This document shows positions 50,311 to 63,477 of a stretch of 64,000 nucleotides of DNA, one piece after another. The notes beneath the pieces were generated by a model. The model made no database searches and was not told where the DNA came from. It worked only from the letters and a program-made list of their open reading frames with translations. The position numbers and the translations under genes were made by a program. Every line of letters starts with the position of its first letter. Positions within the stretch are counted from its first letter, which is position 1. Origin of the DNA: Heteronotia binoei (taxonomy: Eukaryota); NCBI RefSeq assembly GCF_032191835.1, contig NC_083226.1:40362001-40426000 (forward strand), given 5' to 3'.

Positions 50311-51821
50311 GTTCCGATTTTTCTTTTTTTGTTAAAAAGAAATATATTTGTCTTTAAAAGAAAGTGAGAGTCGATGGATGGATGGATCTAGATACCAGGA
50401 GTACCACAGTAATTGGAAACAGCAATAATACACGGGAGGGGTGGCAGATCCACCTTTCACCTCTGTTACAGTATTTCCCAGTGTCCTTGAAAGGTTTTGT
50501 TTTTCCCCCAAAACATCACAGTTCTATAAAATAAAACATTTCCACTTTGGAAAGAATCAGGTTTACAACTGAGGCTGCAATTCTTGAAAACACTTGCCTG
50601 GGACTAAGCCCCACTGAATAAAATGGGACTTACTTCAGAGCTGACCAGTTTAGGATGGCTGTCTGAGTCAGGTCCAGAATTCCTGTATCTAATCTAACAA
50701 TTAGTGGCTTTTTTCTTTGCTTGGAACAATGGTGCAGTGCCAGCACTTAGTCCTGGCACAAAGAAGAGAATGCCTCTAAGGATCTGCAAACTTCATTCCT
50801 CTCACTACAACCTAGTTGTTCATATTTGAATATCACAGAGCCCAGTGTTTCCCCTTGAGGTGTTGCTTATAGAACCCTACAATGTCTATTAAACACACAC
50901 AAACCCCGCCCCCCTTAACTTCTGCTTTCATTATAAAGGTGGTCTTAGATTACACTTTTTCTTGCAACAAGTAATGACTGGAATGTCAAATGGGGGGGGG
51001 GGTAGGGCTACCTCTAAAAAAGAGATGGATGGGTATTAAAGCAGAATTTTGGCCCTGTGATCTTTATCTTATAACTACTCTAAATATCCACTCTTCATTC
51101 ATACCCATCTGAATTAGTTTAGTTATTTTGATTTGATTTATATCCCACCCTCCCCGCAGGCTCAGGACAGCTCACAATGCATAACAGAATGACAATAAAA
51201 ACAATTAAACATTAGATTAAAACAATTTGGTGCTAATTTCCATACAGTTAAAAGATGGCATTCAGTGATCTTAAAATCCATTCGGATCTAATATCACGGT
51301 GGTGGACTAGCAATGAACTATATGAAACTCTCACTATCCCAGTGTGACATTCCATCGTTTGCATTATTATCACTCACAAAGCCAAAGTAGAAGCAATTTA
51401 TGGAGATGCTTTTGCGAGAGAAATCTCTGGTATGTTCACACTAGAAAGAGGGCTGAAAGAGGCAGTTGTGTCTGCTCTTAAGCCATCATTGGACCAACAA
51501 TCCTAGCCAACTACTGCCCAGTGTTGAACTTTCCATTCCTGGGCAAAGTGGTTGAAAGAGCAGTGGCCAAACAACTCTAGGCTTTCCTGGAGGATGCTTC
51601 TAGCCTATCCAGTCTGGGTTCCAACCTGGTCATAGGACTGAGACAACTTTGGTCGTCCTTACAGACAACCTCTGGAGACAGTTGGACCGAGGCAAGTCAG
51701 CACTGTTGTTACTTTTGGATCTTACAGCAGTATCTGACACTTGACCATGACTTTTTGACCCAATGCCTTGCCAACATGGGGATTCAGAGGAATGCCTTAA
51801 AGTGGTTTTCCTCTTTTCTCC

Positions 51822-52050
51822 AGCTCAACATTAGGAAGAACTTCCTGACTTAGAGCGGTTCCTCAGAGGAACAGGTTTCCTTGGGAGGTGGTGGGCTCTC
51901 CTTTGGAGATTTTTAAACAGAGGCTAGATGTCCATCTGACAGCAATGAAGATCCTGTGAATTTGGGGTAGATATTTGTGGGTTTCCTGCATTATGCAGGG
52001 GGTTGGACTAGATGACACTGGAGGTCCCTTCCAACTCTATGATTCTAACT
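51822..52050 (+). mobile_element. CR1 3' terminal fragment nested in L2
   Basis: aacattaggaagaacttcctgac...ggggttggactagatgac...ggtcccttccaactctatgattcta, a canonical CR1 3' end. Confidence 0.88.
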
Positions 52051-52231
52051 CACTCTATGCAGGCCTATCCTTGTGCCTGACTTGAAGTTGCAGCTGGTGC
52101 AGAATGCAGCAGCACACCTGCTGTCTGTGGCACCTTTATGGGCACACGTTCAGCTGGTCCTCTGCAGACTGCATTGGCTGCCTATAGAGTTCTGAATCAA
52201 GTTCAAAGGTTTGGTGTTAACCTTTAATACC

Positions 52232-52990
52232 CTGTATAACCTCAGATATGCAGATGACACCAATCTAATGGAAGAAAGTGAGGAGGATCTAAAGAACCTC
52301 TTGAGGGTGAAAAAGGAGAGCACAAAACATCAAAAAAACCAAGATCATGGCATCCGGCCCCGTCACACCTTGGCAAATAGAAGGGGAAGACATGGAAATA
52401 GTGACAGACTTCACATTTCTGGGATCCAAGATCACTGCAGATGCGGACTGTAGCCATGAAATTAAAAGACGTTTGCTCCTTGGGAGGACAGCTATGGTGA
52501 ACCTGGGCAGTATAATAAAAAGTAGAGACATCACTCTGCCAACAAAAGTCCGTATAGTCAAAGTGATGGTATTCCCAGTAGTAATGTATGGCTGTGAGAG
52601 CTGGACCATAAGGAAGGCCGAGTGAAGAAGAATAGATGCTTTTGAGATGTGCTGGAGAAGAATCTTGAGAGTCCCTTGGACTGCAAGAAGATCAAATCAG
52701 TCCTAAGGGAAATCAACACTGACTGTTCCCTGGAAGGTCTGAAGCTGAAGCTCAAATACTTCGGCCACCAAATGGGAAGGGAGCACTCACTGGAGAAGGC
52801 CCTGATGCTGGGAAAGACAGAAGGCAAAAGAAGAAGAGGATGGCAAAAGATGAGATGGCTGGACAGCATTACTGATGTAACAAACACAAATTTGAGCAGA
52901 CTTTGGAGGATGGTGGAAGACAGGAGGGCCTGGCGTGACTTTGTCCGTGGGGTCGCAAAGAGTCGGACTCAACTGTGCAACAACAATAAA
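52232..52990 (+). mobile_element. BovB (RTE) LINE 3' ~760 bp inserted in L2
   Basis: NLRYADDT...TDFTFLGSKITADADCSHEIKRRLLLGR...VFPVVMYGCESWTIRKAE; BovB tail ggggtcgcaaagagtcggac...caacaac. Confidence 0.92.
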
Positions 52991-54329
52991 TAAACAGAGA
53001 CCAACAGACCTGCAGGACCACCTCTCATATGTCCCATGAAGGGCTTAAGATCAGATGATCAATATTGGCTGGCAGTCCCTGGCCCAAAAGAGGTCCACTT
53101 GACTTTGACTAGGGCCAGGGCCTTTTTGGCTCTGGCCCCGACCTGGTGGAATGAGCTCCTCATGGAGATCATGGCCCTGCAGGACCTACAGTTTTGCAGG
53201 TCCTATAAAATTGGAGCTCTTCTACCAGGCTTTTAGCTGAGGCCATGGACACATAATACGATTGGCCCATCCTGCTGTAAAGCTGCTGTTAAATCAGCCC
53301 AGACCTGTTCTCATCTGTTCATGTGATCTATACTATTCTGAATTAAAGCTGAAACCTAAACATTAGTGAGCAGACTCAGGGAGATATCACCATTTTGTTG
53401 TTTTACAATTTGTATATTGTCTACACGGATAATTTTATGCTTTTATTGTGATATTGTATAATATTTATGTCTGTAACCCGCCCTGAACCTGCCTTGGTGG
53501 GATGGGTGGGATAGAAATCTCATCAAATTAAAACAAAAACAGAAAGGTAGATGTTAAAAACTCTTTGTCTGGGGCTTGGATTAAATGGAAGTGTGTCAAT
53601 GAACAGAGCCAATGTTTTAACACTTGCCCAGTTCAAAACAAGATTCTTATTAAAAATTAGTTACTGGCCAGGTTCCTAAGGGTGAAGACAAGGATCAACT
53701 TGTTAAGTTTATCAGGAGTACAGTGAAAGCACATACATCTGAGTTTTCAGCTGATCCCTGTGTTAATTAAGAAGGAAGTAATACAAATTGCAATGTTCCT
53801 GACTTTTAAGTTTTCTGGATCTTAACACTGGTTTGAACCTGAGCAGTATGGTTTTGTTGAGACACAATTTACCATGAACTGCTGTGCAAACCTTATTAAA
53901 AAGTGTTTTCTTTTGTATATTTCTTTGAAGCCGCCCTGAGCCTGCCTCAGCGGGGAGGGCGGGATATAAATAAAAATTATTATTATTATTATATGTAAAG
54001 TGTGCTTTATGTGCTGTCAAGCTGATTCCTATTTACGGCCACTATATTAATTAATGACCCCCAAAATGTCCCATCAGAAAAAGCCTTGTTCTGGTCTTGC
54101 AAACTGAAATCTGCAGCTTCCTTTATTGAGTGAACCCATTACATTTCCTCTCTTCCTACTGCTTTCATCTTTTCCCAGCAGTGATATGTAACAGAAAAAG
54201 TATTTGTAATAAAAATTACATTAAAATAATAAAATAAATGGGAATTCTATAAGATACTATCTGGAAATGGCAACTGGTATGGAATACTGCTGCTTTTTTT
54301 AGCAGCTAGAGTCTGGAAGGGTGATCATG

Positions 54330-54720
54330 TTCCTCTGATTTTAAGACACATCTCCTGGATGCCCATATGTTTTTGAGTTCAAAGTCCTGGTTATTACCTT
54401 TAATGACTGACATGATTTGGTACCAGTTCAGATCCTTCTCTACTGATTGATCTATTCCTCTAAGATCCACAGCTGATCTAAATCATTGTTGGCTGTAGCT
54501 CTAGCCCCTCTGGAATGGCTTTCCTGAAGAACTAAAATAAGAACCTACATAGACCTATTTTGTGAGGTTATGCAAGGCTGCCTTGTTTTAAAGGGCTTTT
54601 GAGACTGGGTAAATTTAGTCATTAAATTTAGTTTAATTTTTATTGTTTTGCTGTTTGTTTTAATTGTTACTGTGCTGGTACATGCTAGGTTTTTAAAAGC
54701 ATCCTTGAGAGTCTATTGAC
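54330..54720 (+). mobile_element. Old L2 3' fragment
   Basis: Degraded ttcaaagtcctggttattaccttta...tggaatggctttcc... Confidence 0.55.
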
Positions 54721-55972
54721 AGACAGCTTGTATATAAGTATTTATTTACTGACATTATTTTAGGCTGCCGCTGAGACTCAAGACAGATTTCAGTTTAAGT
54801 CAATGCAATTGGTAGGATGAGACATCTGATAAGCGCTGTGATAGGACTAAGGCTGCAGAAATCTGAACGTTCTTCAGTTGCTAGCAGGGAAATATAATGG
54901 TGAAATTGTCTAAACCTGATCATAAGAGGTTTGTGTCTAATTTTTAAGGAAAACAGCAACATTTAATTTTTAGAAAGATATTATGCAATCATCCTTTTAC
55001 AAACAAAAAATATTTCAAAGAAAAACATCAATAGTTATATCCTCTCATGTCCGTTGTTGTAGTCATTCCTTCAGGAGGTTTTCAGACTGATGCACTATGA
55101 AACCCAACAAAACCAGTTTGATTATGGTGGAATACCTCCTTCCCTTAAAAAAAGACAGCTGTACAATACAGCTTTTGAAACGCTATCATCTGCGCACAGC
55201 TTTATTGTATTTATGCACAGCTATCATTCTTTTCTATGGAGCTGGCACAGGAGAAATTCCCAATTGATTCAGCCATTTATTAGAGAGATGAAACACACAT
55301 CCTACAACATTATTAAAACAGTTTGGCTGATTATAACTCCATGTTCTGTAATTCCCTGTTGTCAGAACATGACAAGCTAATGCTGAGAGAACCACTAACT
55401 GTGAAAATGCAGCAGTTTATTTTAATCTCAGCAACCTCCTCACATGTTTGAAGCTGAACATCTAGAAGACAATTATGCATTAATCCCCCTCATACAGAGA
55501 TTAATACAAATTCACATTTTACTGGGTGACAGAATTCCCATCCCGCTGATCCACCAATCATTATACATTCAGTTGTTCCCTATTCGACCCAATAGGACTG
55601 TGTGTCAAAAGGTTGATAGCTCAGTAGGCCATGAGACAAAATCATAATTTATATGTAGAGAATGATTAGTTAGGCTAAGGGAAATTTATCCTTAAAAAAG
55701 ATTAAATTTTAAAGCAGCATACATGATTTGGAAGGATTAGGAAATGAGGAACTTCTCAAAGACTGACAAATTCAGTGTGCTGAAGGCATTCTGAAACAAT
55801 GAGAATGCTATGAGAGTTAAGAGATGACATACTTTTTTGCAGTTAGTATGTGTGTAAGAACTAGACTTTTTCTGTCATTGCTATTTTGAACAAAATACTA
55901 ATGATTATCATTTGCTTCTAGTCTACATACATCTTCATCCACCTGTCTGTCTTTCCTTCCCCTTGCTGGCAG

Positions 55973-56147
55973 CAGGGTTGGATCTAGGGAGGAGCAGAGG
56001 GGGTGCTTGCCCCAGGTGCTGCCGGGGGGGGGGGGGCACCAAATTTGGTATGAAGTCCATTCTATTCTATGGGCTCATAAGATAGAATGGGCCCATAAGG
56101 GGGCATCATTTTTTAATCCACCCCCCTCAAAAAACATGTATATCCTG
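55973..56147. mobile_element. hAT MITE
   Basis: cagggttggat...atatcctg; perfect TSD gctggcag. Confidence 0.75.
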
Positions 56148-56452
56148 GCTGGCAGATTAATTAACACAGGAAAAGTGTACAACCTGAATAAAGCATAGAT
56201 AAAACTTTATCTGGAAACTAACCTACTTGATAGTGAAGAGGAGAGACAGAGATAGGGTCCCAGCTGCATGACTAGCTGACAGAGAGAGAGAGTGTGGAAC
56301 CTCCAGGAAGAAGCAGAATGTTGCCCTAAGAACAGCAATGTGGAGACAATGAATGCGACAACAGGAGAGAAAGTGCTGGCCTCACTATCCTATCTGTCTT
56401 CTTGCTGTCCCTGGAAGGGTCATCTTCTCTGTACACCAGACATTTGCTGTTC

Positions 56453-56742
56453 CACGGGTGGCCAAAATGTGGCTCTTCCACATATATTGTGTGGCTCTTG
56501 AATCCTCCACTGCCCCATTGGTCAGCTTGGAGAAGGCATTTGTGTCTTTAAAACACTTCTCCGAGCCACTTCTCTGGTGATTTGGAGAATGCATTTAAAG
56601 TTGCTTTCTTTCCACCTTTCCACCTCTCTTTACCTCCCTCCCCCATCTATTTTCCTTCCATTCTTCTTTCCGTCTTGCAGGTCTCAAACATCTGATATTT
56701 ATTCTATATGGCTCCTATGTTAAACAAGCTTGGCCACACCTA
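56453..56742. mobile_element. hAT MITE
   Basis: TIRs cacgggtggccaaa / cttggccacaccta; TSD tgctgttc/tgctattc (7/8). Confidence 0.72.
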
Positions 56743-57259
56743 TGCTATTCCTGCTCATCTGTGAACCTTCCCCCTGACCATATATCCTTTTCCCAAAGGG
56801 GAAACTAACACCACCACTGTGCCCACCTGGAGTGCCACCATAGTACACCTCTTGCATGTCCTTCCCTGTCAGGGTGTGGTTGGGGGGCTCTCTGGTGGTA
56901 GGCACTGCCAGAAACTCAGCAGGGCCTACTGCCAGCAGCTGCCCCACCTTAGGGTATGCTGATGCTAGCCCTGACCACATGTGAGCCTAGGAGGACGAAA
57001 GGAGATTGAGGAGAAGGCCTGTAGATAAACAGCCAAAAAGAAGGCTTCTGTTCTTCCCAGCTGTGCACTCATACAATACAGCCACTGCTTGGTGTTTCAT
57101 TGGATTAGATGCAGGTTTAATCATATGGGTTTGTTTACTTTTGCTGATTAAAATATTTCTAAACTGCTGTCCCCTCAAAACATGGGTTCATGTTTTATGC
57201 ACAGTACATAGCAGAACACATAAAATGCCTCGCAACGGCAGTAGTGAAAAACCAGCACA

Positions 57260-57600
57260 AAAAGTTTGATGAAGAGTTTTACCAAAAAGCTGCTCTCAAG
57301 GGCTCTCATCAAAAGGCTCTTCTAAACAGAACCATCTTATAAACCTTTTCGGGACAAAGCACTTCCATTAGTAGTCTGTTCAAAAGCTCTGGAGCAGTTA
57401 CTAGGGAAAACCTTGGAATGGCTTGCCATCGTTCAAGCATTTCATGTAGAGCTCTCGTACCATCATGTACATCTGAACTCCAAGTGTGGTAAGGAGAAGG
57501 CACTTCAGCCTTTTCCCCATACCATTTTCCAGATCTCAGATTGCTCCTGGAGAGGAGATCCACAGTCTACCCCACTGAGGTAACTTTACAGTCTATCTAA
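57260..57600 (-). mobile_element. Old L2-like 3' fragment
   Basis: PRFSLVTAPELLNRL resembles L2 RAFSVAAPELWNAL; ...VLFRRAF. Confidence 0.45.
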
Positions 57601-58311
57601 GCTTCCCCAACAAGTGAATATCATCTTTCCATTTGGAGTTCACACAAAGTTGGCTTTATTGGTAACTACATACTAAGATGACATGGCAGGGCTGCACCCC
57701 CGCTTATATGCAAGCAAAAAGGACCACCCCCAACTTCCCATACCAAATCACGGCAGTCAAGGTTTGTGCCCTGACTGCTCATTGGTTACTTTAAAAGAGT
57801 CCAGATCTCAGATGGAAATATTGCGTTGCTAGCATTTCCGCGGTTGCCTGCAAAAGTCCGATACATAACAAAGACCATTTCATTTTGGGAAAATGACCCA
57901 GGGGTGGGGAGGCTGAAGCTACTTCTCTGCTTGCAATATAGTCCTGATACAAATTGGGGATTCCCAGAATATTTCTACAGGATGTCCGCATGAGGAACTC
58001 ATGGTTTTGCAATGTGTGAATGGGCACAATTAACAGAGCTTGAGCACTTGTATTTGTAATTATACCACATTTATTAAAAATTATGCTGGAGGGGGGGGTA
58101 TCTCAACATGCTCACCAGTTATAATGATTGTGGATGTTTGCTGCATTCCATATTCTCTTGAATGTATGGAGGAAACTGCAGTGTAAGTTCCTTCCATGTG
58201 ATTCAGGGTTTCTTGTAGTGCCTTGGGAGTACAGAAAGGAGTGGAGCTGTAAATGTAATTTTTTTAGGCTAGAATAATGTAAGAACCAGGTAGAAGACCA
58301 TTCTAGTAGGG

Positions 58312-58477
58312 CAGGGCTGGCCACTGTCTGGCACCCTAGGCAAGGCTAACTTCTGGCGCTCCCCTCCCCAATACTGATAACCTCACTGAGTCACACTGGG
58401 TACACCCAATTTGGCACCCCCAAAATGCCAGCACCCTAGGCAATAACCTACTTTGCCTAGTGGCAGGGCTGGCTCTG
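58312..58477. mobile_element. hAT (Tip100-like) MITE
   Basis: cagggctggcc...gctggctctg; perfect TSD tagtaggg (58304-58311, 58478-58485). Confidence 0.8.
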
Positions 58478-59616
58478 TAGTAGGGAGTGGATGATCCTCT
58501 GTCATGGCAGTGAGCTGGGTTGGAGAAGATTTTGATCATCTGCAACTTAGCTGATCCTCTTTGACACAGCACACAAAGAAAGATACTGCAGCTCTCTCCA
58601 AGGGCCAGATTTGGGAGATCCATGATTAAGATTTCTCACACCAAAGTATGTGTGTGTGTTTAAAATTTACCAGCAGCTCTTTGTGGTTACTTTGATAACC
58701 AGTGAGTACCGTGGCATGCATAGCTGAATCGTTTCCTCCCATGCTGTTTTCTGAGTGTGAATCACCATCTCACCCCAAGGCTGCAGTTAGCAATCCCACT
58801 ATGGGTAAAGAAGCTATTTAGTTTGGCCCTGTTCATTTTATTTTTCCTTTACTTGATAATTGCTGGACAAAAATATGTTTTTTTCCATTTTGTGACCATT
58901 TCCTTACAAGTGATTTTCCATTTGTCTTTTTTTTTTTTAATGAGTTATGATGGTCCATTGGCACTCATATAAAATTACAACTTGGCCTGTGCATACCAGT
59001 GTACAAAGAGAAGGAGGGGGAGTCCTCCCTAGATTAACTTCAGCAGGCAAGATACCACAGGCTTCTTCTGTGTCCCGGGTAATTCGGAGTAGGTAGCCAG
59101 GAAAAGCCTTCTTAATTTACAGGAAAGAGATGAACAGAGGTGGTAGTGGCACATCTCTAAAATCTTCTGGGGATGCTCACTGAGTAAAAGGGGTATTATT
59201 TGTCTTTGTTGTTGGTGGAAAAGGGGTGGACAGATGAGCTCCTCATTAAGGTCTCTCAACGTGGGGTCTCGCTAGCTGATTAAATTTCTTTTATTAACAT
59301 TTTTTAAATTTTACATAAAAGAAATCCAAAGAAAAGCAGTTATAGTCATCAAACTATTGATATAAAACATAATATCAAAACAACTTACAATACTTCAAAA
59401 TTTTAAAATATATAATTTTAACATATAGAAGGTTATTTGGTAAAATGTCTTGTTCCATTAAGGATACTGTGGTATGACAGGGTTCCCCCCCCCCCTTCAT
59501 ATTGCAGTGGTGTTGCACTAGAAAATGAAAATGCTATTTTACTTAAAATAAAATAATCCCATACTTTTTGGAACCAAATCTGAGGAATTGGAATTTGCTT
59601 ATCTAACCATCTATAG

Positions 59617-60134
59617 CAGGGGTGTTGAACTAATTTATTATGAGGGCTGGATCTGACATAAATAAGACCTTGTCGGGCTGGGCCACATATGTCATAAAAT
59701 GTAATGCCAGGAAGTGAAGATACAAACTTTATAAAGGACACAGAGGTGCTTTTTTAAAAAAGTGCTTTCTTTTAAAGAAACCCCGTGGGATCAAGGGAAC
59801 TGAGCAAAGGAAGCTCTGGTTCTTTTCCTCCCTCCCCAGGGGATGAGGAGGGGGAGGAGCCTCAGCCAATAGAAGGAAGGAAGGCTTGGCTCAGTAGTTC
59901 TGCTGTGTGATTGAGAGAGCCTGGCAAAGCAAGCTCTCCCTCTCCCCCCTTCCTTCTCAATGGGAGAGCCTCAGTCAATGGAGAATGTAGAGGCTTTGCT
60001 CTGTAGCTCCTGGGCAATTGAGCAAGCCTAGCAAAGCAAGATGTGATGCAGAAGAAAGCAGATTTGCTCACGGGTCTGATAGGAGCCCTCTGGGGGCTTG
60101 ATCCAGCCCCTGAGTGATATGTTTGACACCCCTG
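59617..60134. mobile_element. Charlie-like hAT element with the same ends but a different interior
   Basis: TIRs caggggtgttgaac / gtttgacacccctg; TSD atctatag/atttatag. Confidence 0.82.
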
Positions 60135-60600
60135 ATTTATAGGCTATTATGGTTTTAGCTATAAAAAGTAAGACAGAAATTATTTCTTTTTTCTGTGTTT
60201 CCTCTTTTGATTTTATTCCATTGGTCTAATAAAGTTGCTTCTGGTTTAAGGGGAATCTTTCCTTGTAGCATAATGCTGATTTCTGAAACTATATTAAACC
60301 AGAATTTTTATAGAAGTGGACAAAGCTAGCTGGTTAAATTACATACCCCCCGTAGAAGAACAAGGACTTTGGGGGGCCAATTCTGCTGTACCTCCATTTG
60401 AAACTCAAAGATAATAACCATGCTGTCCCCTGCAGGGCAGTTGCAAGGCTTACGGTAACAGGATACACATACAGAGTGCTGAACAGTAAAACCGATACTT
60501 TAAAATCGTTTTAATGTTGACAGATTTGTCTGTAACTTATAAGTTTATCACCTATAGATCTTGCTTGAGCAGACAAAATACCCCTCAGGAGAAGGGTAAC

Positions 60601-60718
60601 CAGGGCTTTTTTTGAGCAGGAACGCATAGAAACGCAGTTCCGGCTAGCTTGGGGTTAGGGAGTGTGGCCTAATATGAGAATGAGTTCCTGCTGGGCTTTC
60701 TCTACACAAAACGTACTG
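60601..60718. mobile_element. Octamer-family hAT MITE (single-unit form)
   Basis: Starts cagggcttttttt; perfect TSD agggtaac (60593-60600, 60719-60726). Confidence 0.82.
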
Positions 60719-62773
60719 AGGGTAACTGACTTTACTTTCCCAGGGTGAATGAGGTCTGGAGAGGTGGTGTGAGATATGCTTATATTAAGCCCATTTGAGA
60801 AAGAAATTTGTGCCATAGAGAATTAAAGCCTGTTAACCAGTTAAGTAAATTAGCCACTGAATATTCATTTCAAGCAAGTGAAAATGACAAAACCGCAAGC
60901 TTTTTCTTACTTGAGATGGTCGGTTAATTATTTCAGGCCCTCCATTTAAGTGTAAATTTATTTGAAGCTCAATTAATTGTACAGGAAAATATGAAATGTT
61001 TTTGCATTCTAAAGTGCCAACAGTAGCAATGAGTTTATAATATCAGTTTGTGCTAAGCTATAAAAATTATGCTTTTTTTAAAATAGTGCCCCAGAGAAAT
61101 TATATAGCGTAATTCCTAAGATGCAAATGAGCTTGTGACTAATTTCTCCTACCATAAAGGGGGTGCTTTTCACATCCTCATATTTAGTGCCTAAACATGG
61201 TAATTCCCATTAAAATTGTGCCATATGGCTTTTATTAACTTGGAGATAAAAAGAATGCATAAAAATCATGTTGAAACCACAAAAAGAATGTTTGGGGGGT
61301 GGGTAGGAAGAGATTTTTAAATCTACTGCAAATCCAGACATTTCTGAAATCTTTTCAGGGCTCTGAAAAGGAAAAATAAAGTTACTTCTGCTGCAGTGAC
61401 CTCTTTGCTACCTGGGTTGTTGTCAGAATCAGTGACATAACCCAGCTGCCCTTAAAATGAAGAAGGATGGATTGGAGAACTCTTGCAAAGGAGCTTTGAC
61501 AAAGAGATTACTTTTTCTGATTGCTGCTATGGAGGTTTACATGGAGCTGAGTTTCTTAATGGTTTCAAATCTTATTTTAAAATTTCTGAAGGCTTTGAGA
61601 GAAAAGCACAGCCAAATCTATATCTGAGATCAAACTACTATTTAATTTATTCCATTCACTAACTACAGTGCCTAAGGGCTTGGAATGGTTGCAGGAATTT
61701 TGAAACTATGTTGAGGGGACCCCCCCCCCTCTTTTACATAAGAAAATTAATATAGAGAAATAATGAGGGTGGGGGTAAATAAAGGAAAAACACAACTAAA
61801 AAAGTGTCTGCTCAGAAAGATCAAGATGGATAGTTGTGCGTTTGTAGCAGTAGAAAAGAGCAACAGTCCAGTAGCACCTTAAAGACTAACAAAATTTGTG
61901 GCAGGGCATGAGTTCTCATGAATCACTGCTCATGTCTTCAGTTACCTGCTATTGTCACTTGCCTGCTAATATCATTTGGCATCTGAAATCATTTCCTCTG
62001 GGCACCATCGACATAATTTAAAAGTGTGCTTTATTCATGTTCTAAATTATGTTGATGGTGTCCAGAGAAAATGATTATTTGCCTATGGATTAATTTTCAG
62101 AACTTTGCATTGTACTGTTGCAATGATTTCCATTCAACACTCAGCTCATAGCTGAAGGTAATCAGAACGAGACATAGTACACAGGATTTCTTGTGTGAAG
62201 TCTTGAAACTGACGAATTTAAAGTCTTATGGATTTGGATAAACTCGGATGTACTTGGAGTCTGAATATTGCTTCTTTTATTTTGATTATTTTGGAATATT
62301 GATTGAATATTGATATTTTTAAACATATTGACTTGTATTTATAACAAGTATAATAATTATATATATTCATATTATTTATATTTGTATTTATAACAAGATA
62401 TATATATGAATTCGTACTTAATATTACTGTTGGTTGCTTAATATAAGTTATAGTTAGTGCATTATGGTGTTTTCCTTATTTAGACACCTGGAAGTAGGCA
62501 ACTCTACATATTCAAATGCAAACATGTAGCTTGCATATGCGGGGGGAAGGGTTGACCTAAGGAGCATACAGCTAACCTAATTAGCAGACCAAACTTTAAA
62601 ATCCAGCTAATGAAAGCAGGTTTTGCAAACAGGAGGGATTCCCCTAATCTCTTAACCATGGTTAAGAGATCAAACCGTGATATATCTGCCTAGTTATACT
62701 GGGCTTCAAAGAAATTGTGCCATTCTTCTTTTAAGGAGCATAGCTAGGGTTGCCAATCCTCAGTTGGGAACTG

Positions 62774-63450
62774 GAGAGTGAGTGCGATGCTCTGTGTCAA
62801 CAAAGCATCTTCCTTTCACCCACTGTCAATTTCTTAATCCAGTAGGTATGTGAGAAGCATGTATGTCTTTAACGGGTATGTTAGAGTGTCAATTGAACAC
62901 ACCTGGAGGATCATATTTTAGAAGTTATCTGTAATGTAGGTGAGCCCTGTGAAAAATTTGGTGAAAAAAAATAGAGAATGTTTCTGGGAAATTGGAGAAA
63001 AGTTATTTGTAGAGAAGAATTTATATTAAGGGGGGGTTGTATATGTGTCCTCAAGGTGTGGTGTTGAGAATGTGCAAAACTGTAAAGTTCCTCTATTTGA
63101 TTTTTTAGCAGAAGCTTAGAAAAAGCTGCTCACTGAAACAGGATATTAGGCCGGTTTGGCCTGTTGCTGCTTGTATGCATTGTGAATATTGAGAAGAATA
63201 TTTATGCAAAATTAAAGAATATTTATGCAAGCCACTTTGTTGCGGGAAGGATACCAAGTCTTGTGAAGTCTGTGTAAGGTCTGGACTTTCTATCACTTGC
63301 TACTATTTTTGTACCTGTGAGCATTTTTGTGTGTATAAAATAGGAAAAAAGACTAAGCCGATGTGAGTGATTCTTTGATCTTTATTATAAGAAATTGACA
63401 GTGGGTGAAAGGAAGAGGCTTTGTTGACACAGAGCATCATGCTTACTCTG
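62774..63450. mobile_element. Unclassified TIR element (~65-bp TIRs, ~545-bp AT-rich interior)
   Basis: gatgctctgtgtcaacaaagcatcttcctttcacccactgtcaatttctta (62786-62836) is inverted at ~63387-63438; no convincing TSD. Confidence 0.65.
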
Positions 63451-63477
63451 CAGTTCTCCTTTCTGTGGGACATTTTT

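Larger units (their letters stand above)
51390..53525 (+). mobile_element. L2 LINE (RT to 3' end) carrying nested CR1 and BovB pieces
   Basis: Degraded NYCPVLNFPFLGKVVE, ...LDLTAVSDTLDH, LQLVQNAAA, LHWLPI, RAFLALAPTWWNEL; L2 tail tgtaacccgccctgaac...gggatagaaat. Confidence 0.82.

Noticed and set aside
62786-63438. RSS/Transib-like heptamer (cacagag) in the unclassified TIRs
   Set aside because: The heptamer is internal, points outward, and has no properly spaced nonamer.
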